Position numbers and translations under genes: made by a program
Source: Leucobacter sp.
GTDB lineage: Bacteria > Actinomycetota > Actinomycetes > Actinomycetales > Microbacteriaceae
NCBI GenBank assembly: GCA_052090925.1
Contig: JBQDBM010000012.1
Coordinates: 6,679-70,678 of the forward strand
Length of the DNA: 64,000 nt
Direction of reading: 5' to 3'
In this document: positions 60,058 through 64,000 of the stretch, in pieces
Numbering within the stretch: position 1 is the first letter of the stretch
Layout: each line of letters starts with the position of its first letter
Notes under the pieces: generated by a model
Databases searched by the model: none
Seen by the model: only the letters and a program-made list of their open reading frames with translations
Told to the model about the DNA's origin: nothing

Positions 60058-61311
60058 ATGCAGCACCTTGATCCTTTCCTTACGAAGTTAGACCTCGCCC
60101 GCACTGCAGCACGTTCGCTCAGCACGGCAACGACGGCAATAAAAAACCACGCATTGAACGCCATTGCTGACGCCATTGTGGCTGGCAGCAATGAAGTCAT
60201 CGAGGCCAATGCCGAGGATCTCGTGAGGGGCCGCGACGCTGGTCTCGGGGACGGGCTCCTCGACCGGCTGATGCTCGATACGGCTCGCCTGGAGAACCTC
60301 GCGGCCGCCGTACGTGACGTGGTGGCACTTCCTGACCCGGTCGGTGAGATTATCCGAGGCAGTACCTTGCCGAATGGCATCAAGTTGACGCAGGTGCGGG
60401 TTCCGTTTGGTGTGATTGGTGCAATCTATGAAGCGAGGCCCAATGTGACTGTTGATATTGCGGCTCTCGCGCTCAAGAGCGGCAACGGGGTGGTGTTGCG
60501 TGGTGGGAGCGCTGCGGAGCAGTCCAACCGCGTGCTTGTGTCCCTAATCCAGCAGGCCATCGCGAGCGTTGGTCTCAAGGGCGACGTGGTGCAGACGATC
60601 GATGAGTTTGGTCGCGAGGGTGCTTCTCGGTTGATGCGCGCGCGAGGATACGTCGACGTGCTGATTCCGCGGGGGAGTGCAGGGCTGATCTCGACGGTGG
60701 TGAATGAGTCCACCGTGCCGGTGATTGAAACGGGTGCTGGCGTCGTGCACGTCTATGTCGATGCGTCGGCAGACGATGATATGGCCGTCGAGATTGTGAA
60801 GAATTCAAAGACACATCGCCCCAGTGTGTGTAATGCCGCTGAGACTCTGCTGGTGCATAAGGAAGCTGCAGACCGGTTGCTCCCGAGGCTCGCGTCTGTG
60901 CTCATGGGGGCGAACGTGCGCCTCAGCGGTGATGCGGCATCCTCCAGCATGGTCGAGGGCATCGAGGTTGCTGAGGAGGACCTCTGGTCGACCGAGCACA
61001 ACGCACTCGAAATGGGGGTGCGTGTAGTAGATTCTCTGGACGAAGCGCTCGAGCACATTGAACGGTACTCGACCGGGCACACTGAGTCGATCGTGACTCA
61101 GGATTACGCGAATGCCGAGCGATTCCTTGCTGAGGTCGATTCGGCTGCGGTAATGGTGAACACCTCGACTCGTTTCACTGACGGTGGCGAGTTCGGGTTT
61201 GGTGCGGAGGTCGGCATCTCGACTCAAAAACTCCATGCGCGCGGTCCGATGGGTCTCCCTGAACTAACGAGCACCAAGTGGCTTGTGCGCGGCGCTGGGC
61301 AGATACGCTAA
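60058..61311 (+). CDS. proA: Glutamate-5-semialdehyde dehydrogenase ProA
   Basis: 417-aa ORF with the VIGAIYEARPNVT, CNAAETLLVH and GHTESIVT motifs. Confidence 0.94.
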   Translation: MQHLDPFLTKLDLARTAARSLSTATTAIKNHALNAIADAIVAGSNEVIEANAEDLVRGRDAGLGDGLLDRLMLDTARLENLAAAVRDVVALPDPVGEIIRGSTLPNGIKLTQVRVPFGVIGAIYEARPNVTVDIAALALKSGNGVVLRGGSAAEQSNRVLVSLIQQAIASVGLKGDVVQTIDEFGREGASRLMRARGYVDVLIPRGSAGLISTVVNESTVPVIETGAGVVHVYVDASADDDMAVEIVKNSKTHRPSVCNAAETLLVHKEAADRLLPRLASVLMGANVRLSGDAASSSMVEGIEVAEEDLWSTEHNALEMGVRVVDSLDEALEHIERYSTGHTESIVTQDYANAERFLAEVDSAAVMVNTSTRFTDGGEFGFGAEVGISTQKLHARGPMGLPELTSTKWLVRGAGQIR

Positions 61312-61371
61312 GGAATCACGGTAGACTGGCTGCTGTCTGAATTTTCCACAACGAACGCTGGGGTTACATAC

Positions 61372-61584
61372 ATGTCACTTCTCGCTACTGTCGCAGCTGC
61401 TGCTGAAGGCGGCCACCACGTCGTGAACGAACTGCCGTTCGCCGCTCCGCTTTTTGGTGCGATCGCGCTCTCATTGTTCACGGTGCTCGCGCTTGTCACG
61501 TTTAGCTTTCGAGACGTAGCCAACCGTCACGCTGAAAAGGCGGAGGCGTACGCACGTGAACACGGTGATTCGCAGCAGCACTGA
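61372..61584 (+). CDS. Small membrane protein (hypothetical, 70 aa)
   Basis: It has one clear TM segment ([21 protein letters not shown]) followed by a charged tail, and sits tightly between proA and nadD. Confidence 0.5.
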   Translation: MSLLATVAAAAEGGHHVVNELPFAAPLFGAIALSLFTVLALVTFSFRDVANRHAEKAEAYAREHGDSQQH

Positions 61585-61589
61585 GCAAC

Positions 61590-62195
61590 GTGTCTTCTAA
61601 ACGCCGCGTTGGTGTGATGGGTGGGACGTTCGACCCCATCCACCACGGACACCTTGTCGCAGCGAGCGAAGTTGCCAGGAGTTTCGATCTCGACGAGGTT
61701 GTCTTCGTGCCCACAGGGCACCCCTGGCAGAAAGAGAACGTTTCAGAGAGTGAGCACCGTTATCTGATGACGGTGATCGCAACCGCATCAAACCCCGGTT
61801 TCACAGTGAGCCGCGTCGATGTTGACCGGCAGGGTCCCACCTATACGGTCGATACGCTTCGCGACCTGCGGGTCTCCTACCCCGATGCAGAGCTATTCTT
61901 CATTTCTGGAGCCGATGCTGTTGAGCAGATCCTGGGATGGAAAGACGTCCACGAGATATGGGATCTCTCCCACTTCATAGCAGTCTCGCGGCCTGGACAT
62001 GAGCTCTCGCTTTCAGGATTATCGGGTGAACACGTAAGCTTATTGGAAGTGCCCGCGCTAGCAATCTCTTCAACAGATTGCCGCAGCCGCGTCGCCCGCG
62101 GGTACCCGGTGTGGTACCTGGTCCCGGACGGTGTGGTGCAGTACATTGCGAAGCACGGGCTATACACCGACGGAAGCGACAAAGTAGATGAGTGA
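61590..62195 (+). CDS. nadD: Nicotinate-nucleotide adenylyltransferase NadD
   Basis: 201-aa ORF with the [15 protein letters not shown] (HxGH) motif and ISSTDCR (the ISST motif). Confidence 0.9.
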   Translation: MSSKRRVGVMGGTFDPIHHGHLVAASEVARSFDLDEVVFVPTGHPWQKENVSESEHRYLMTVIATASNPGFTVSRVDVDRQGPTYTVDTLRDLRVSYPDAELFFISGADAVEQILGWKDVHEIWDLSHFIAVSRPGHELSLSGLSGEHVSLLEVPALAISSTDCRSRVARGYPVWYLVPDGVVQYIAKHGLYTDGSDKVDE

Positions 62196-63765
62196 GCAAG
62201 ACGAGGACCGCCCTCTGACGAGGCGTGAACGACGCTTGCGTGACATGGGGCTGAGCCCCGAGAGCGCACCAGCCACTGAGGATGCGGCGACACAAACACC
62301 TGTTTCAGGCCACGCAGATGCAGGTCTGAGTAGTGACGAGTCAGCCGATGAACGTCCCGTTACACCCTCTTCCAATCCGGCAGAGGCTTTGGCAGAGCCT
62401 GAGATCTCACTCTACGATGAGGACGGGACACCGCGGACACGCCGTGAACTCCGCAGACTGCGGGATGAGGCACTTGCGGCCGCAGCGGCGGATGCAAAGC
62501 CAGAAGCTACTCCCGCTGAAGAAGCTCCTGAGACTGAGTCTCCCGAAGACGACATCGTGGTTCCACAGCAAGATTCAGAGGCTGTCGCTGAAACTGACCC
62601 GGAGCCTGAGGCTGAGGCTGCACCCGAAGTGGCGACTACTGAAGCATCGGTCACGGAGCCACCGAGTGCGGCCCCAACTCCCGCCGACACGTCGACCACT
62701 GAGTCGGTAGGTTCGCAGCCATCATTCGATGACCTCTTGGCGCCGACCGAGCAATACTCAGTCGCTGATCTGCAAGAAGCAGCGTCGGGCGAGCACTCGG
62801 AAGAGGCAGCGGCAATGCCAGTAAAGCCAGCGGCCGAGGCAGTTGACGAACCTCCGACGGAGACTCCACCTGCACCGAAGCGACGGGGACTGTGGCGACG
62901 AAATCGGTCAAGACCCGTTGCAGACGAGGAAGAAACTCAGGAAGTTTCGGAAGCAGATGCTGAGCCTCACACTGCAGAGACCGACAGCCCGTCTGTTGAC
63001 GCGGAAACTGAGCAGGTTGCAGAAGTGGCCTCTGAGGACCTGGCTACATCGGAAGCTACGCCCGAAGCGCAACCGCTACCGGTCATCAAACCGGAAGTAC
63101 CGCTGTCGGCAGTGGCCGCATCAGAGCCTCAAGCCGTCACAGAGCCAGAAACTGCGAGTGACGATGTAGCACCTGCGGAGGGCGGTGGCGAGACGCCGAC
63201 CAAGGCGACGGGGTATTCCTTTCCTGACATCGTCCCTCCAGAGGAACCAAGGCCTGTCCTTGATAATCCCGCTTCTCATGGCATGCAGGGTCCCGCTACC
63301 GAGCCGAATGGAGCGGGTGACGACTTCGACGACCTCATTTCTCGCGCAGTCGCGCAAGAAGGCACAGCCGGAAGCTCAAGTACTGCCGCACTGATTCTCC
63401 CGTCTATGCCTGAGGGGGAGGGATACTCCGGATCACTTGGTGAGACGGGCGAATTATTTGTGACAGGATCGATAGAACTACCAAGGTCACTCGGCGAAAC
63501 GGGTGGTCATGTCGGAGTGCATGAGTCTGTCGATAATGACGCACTTGAGGAGCTCGGTCTTGTCCACACTGATAATCATGATTCTGGACCAGTATCTGCC
63601 CGAAGCGCGGTAAGCGCGAGAACAACGAACGGTTCCCCTTTGGTTGCTGAAACGACTAAAGAGAAGAGCAAACTCCCCTTGGTCCTATCCCTGACGGGCG
63701 GAGGGTTGCTGCTCGCAATTGCTGCGGCTGCAGCTTGGGCATTTAGTCAGGGATTCTTTGGATAA
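62188..63765 (+). CDS. Highly acidic, Pro/Glu/Ala/Thr-rich, mostly disordered protein with a C-terminal TM anchor (hypothetical)
   Basis: 525-aa ORF. Its ATG overlaps the nadD 3' end by 8 nt. It has two RRE(R/L)RRLRD-type basic motifs near the N-terminus, a [10 protein letters not shown] patch, duplicated SLGETG, and a terminal TM ([24 protein letters not shown]). Confidence 0.55.
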   Translation: MSEQDEDRPLTRRERRLRDMGLSPESAPATEDAATQTPVSGHADAGLSSDESADERPVTPSSNPAEALAEPEISLYDEDGTPRTRRELRRLRDEALAAAAADAKPEATPAEEAPETESPEDDIVVPQQDSEAVAETDPEPEAEAAPEVATTEASVTEPPSAAPTPADTSTTESVGSQPSFDDLLAPTEQYSVADLQEAASGEHSEEAAAMPVKPAAEAVDEPPTETPPAPKRRGLWRRNRSRPVADEEETQEVSEADAEPHTAETDSPSVDAETEQVAEVASEDLATSEATPEAQPLPVIKPEVPLSAVAASEPQAVTEPETASDDVAPAEGGGETPTKATGYSFPDIVPPEEPRPVLDNPASHGMQGPATEPNGAGDDFDDLISRAVAQEGTAGSSSTAALILPSMPEGEGYSGSLGETGELFVTGSIELPRSLGETGGHVGVHESVDNDALEELGLVHTDNHDSGPVSARSAVSARTTNGSPLVAETTKEKSKLPLVLSLTGGGLLLAIAAAAAWAFSQGFFG

Positions 63766-63804
63766 GTAATTGAGTGCTATGACGAGTATGACTGAAAGGC
63801 GAGT

Positions 63805-64000
63805 GTGAGCGAAACGCGAGACGTGCTGAAGGACCTCGAAACCGCGGTGAACGCGGCGAATGAGAAGGGCGCGTTGTCGCCGGTCGCACTCGAAGTGACC
63901 GAACAGTTTGGGCTTGCTGACGTTTTCCTTGTCGTCAGTGGCGCGGTCGAGCGAAACGTGCAGAGCATCTCCGATGCAGTTGAGGATGCACTGAACTCGG
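63805..64000 (+). CDS. rsfS: Ribosome silencing factor RsfS (iojap-like), 5' part; continues beyond the window
   Basis: The frame is open from GTG 63805 (GAAAGG upstream) to the window edge: VSETRDVLKDLETAVNAANEKGALSPVALEVTEQFGLADVFLVVSGAVERNVQSISDAVED. This matches the RsfS pattern (..DYFVI.SG.S.RQV.AI.D.V), and the position after nadD is canonical. The track shows only the antisense shadow ORF. Confidence 0.8.
   Translation, partial: MSETRDVLKDLETAVNAANEKGALSPVALEVTEQFGLADVFLVVSGAVERNVQSISDAVEDALNS

Noticed and set aside
63777-63968. 63-aa minus-strand ORF at the right edge
   Set aside because: It is antisense to a plus-strand frame that translates into a clear RsfS N-terminus, so it is a shadow ORF.

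Overview
This 64-kb window comes from a high-GC Gram-positive chromosome. It looks like Actinomycetota, and the gene order resembles Micrococcales/Microbacteriaceae; that taxonomic call is inference. Almost everything is conserved core genome on the + strand.

Gene order:
- The division/cell-wall cluster: ftsI(3' end)-murE-murF-mraY-murD-ftsW-murG-murC-ftsQ-ftsZ-yggS-sepF-yggT-divIVA-lspA-rluD-dnaE.
- Then nadE, msrA, an SSB paralogue, a lipoprotein, ettA, two thioesterases, and rpoZ-metK-priA-fmt-rsmB-rpe.
- Then hisE-hisG-hisF-hisI and trpE-(two membrane proteins)-trpC-trpB-trpA-lgt-pyk.
- Then tRNA-Leu(CAA), a frameshifted MerR/TipA-like regulator, pdtaR, polA, rpsA, coaE, and rne-rplU-rpmA-obg-proB-proA-nadD, ending with the start of rsfS.

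I found no transposase, integrase, phage gene, CRISPR array, toxin-antitoxin pair, defence system or biosynthetic cluster. I do not see a convincing new multi-gene system here.

The observations worth a second look are at sequence level:
1. A TANNNT hexamer sits 6 nt before the start codon of at least 11 genes, which implies leaderless transcripts.
2. The MerR/TipA-type regulator is split by a 1-nt insertion, and a perfect 37-bp palindrome lies next to it.
3. PriA lacks the Walker A lysine and the DExH glutamate at the aligned positions.
4. MurE carries YHPR where DAP-adding enzymes have the DNPR specificity motif.
5. Unassigned leaders with hairpin or terminator-like features precede metK, rne and rplU.
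6. Several small or disordered orphan ORFs are present.

All family calls are made by eye from the translations. No database search was run.
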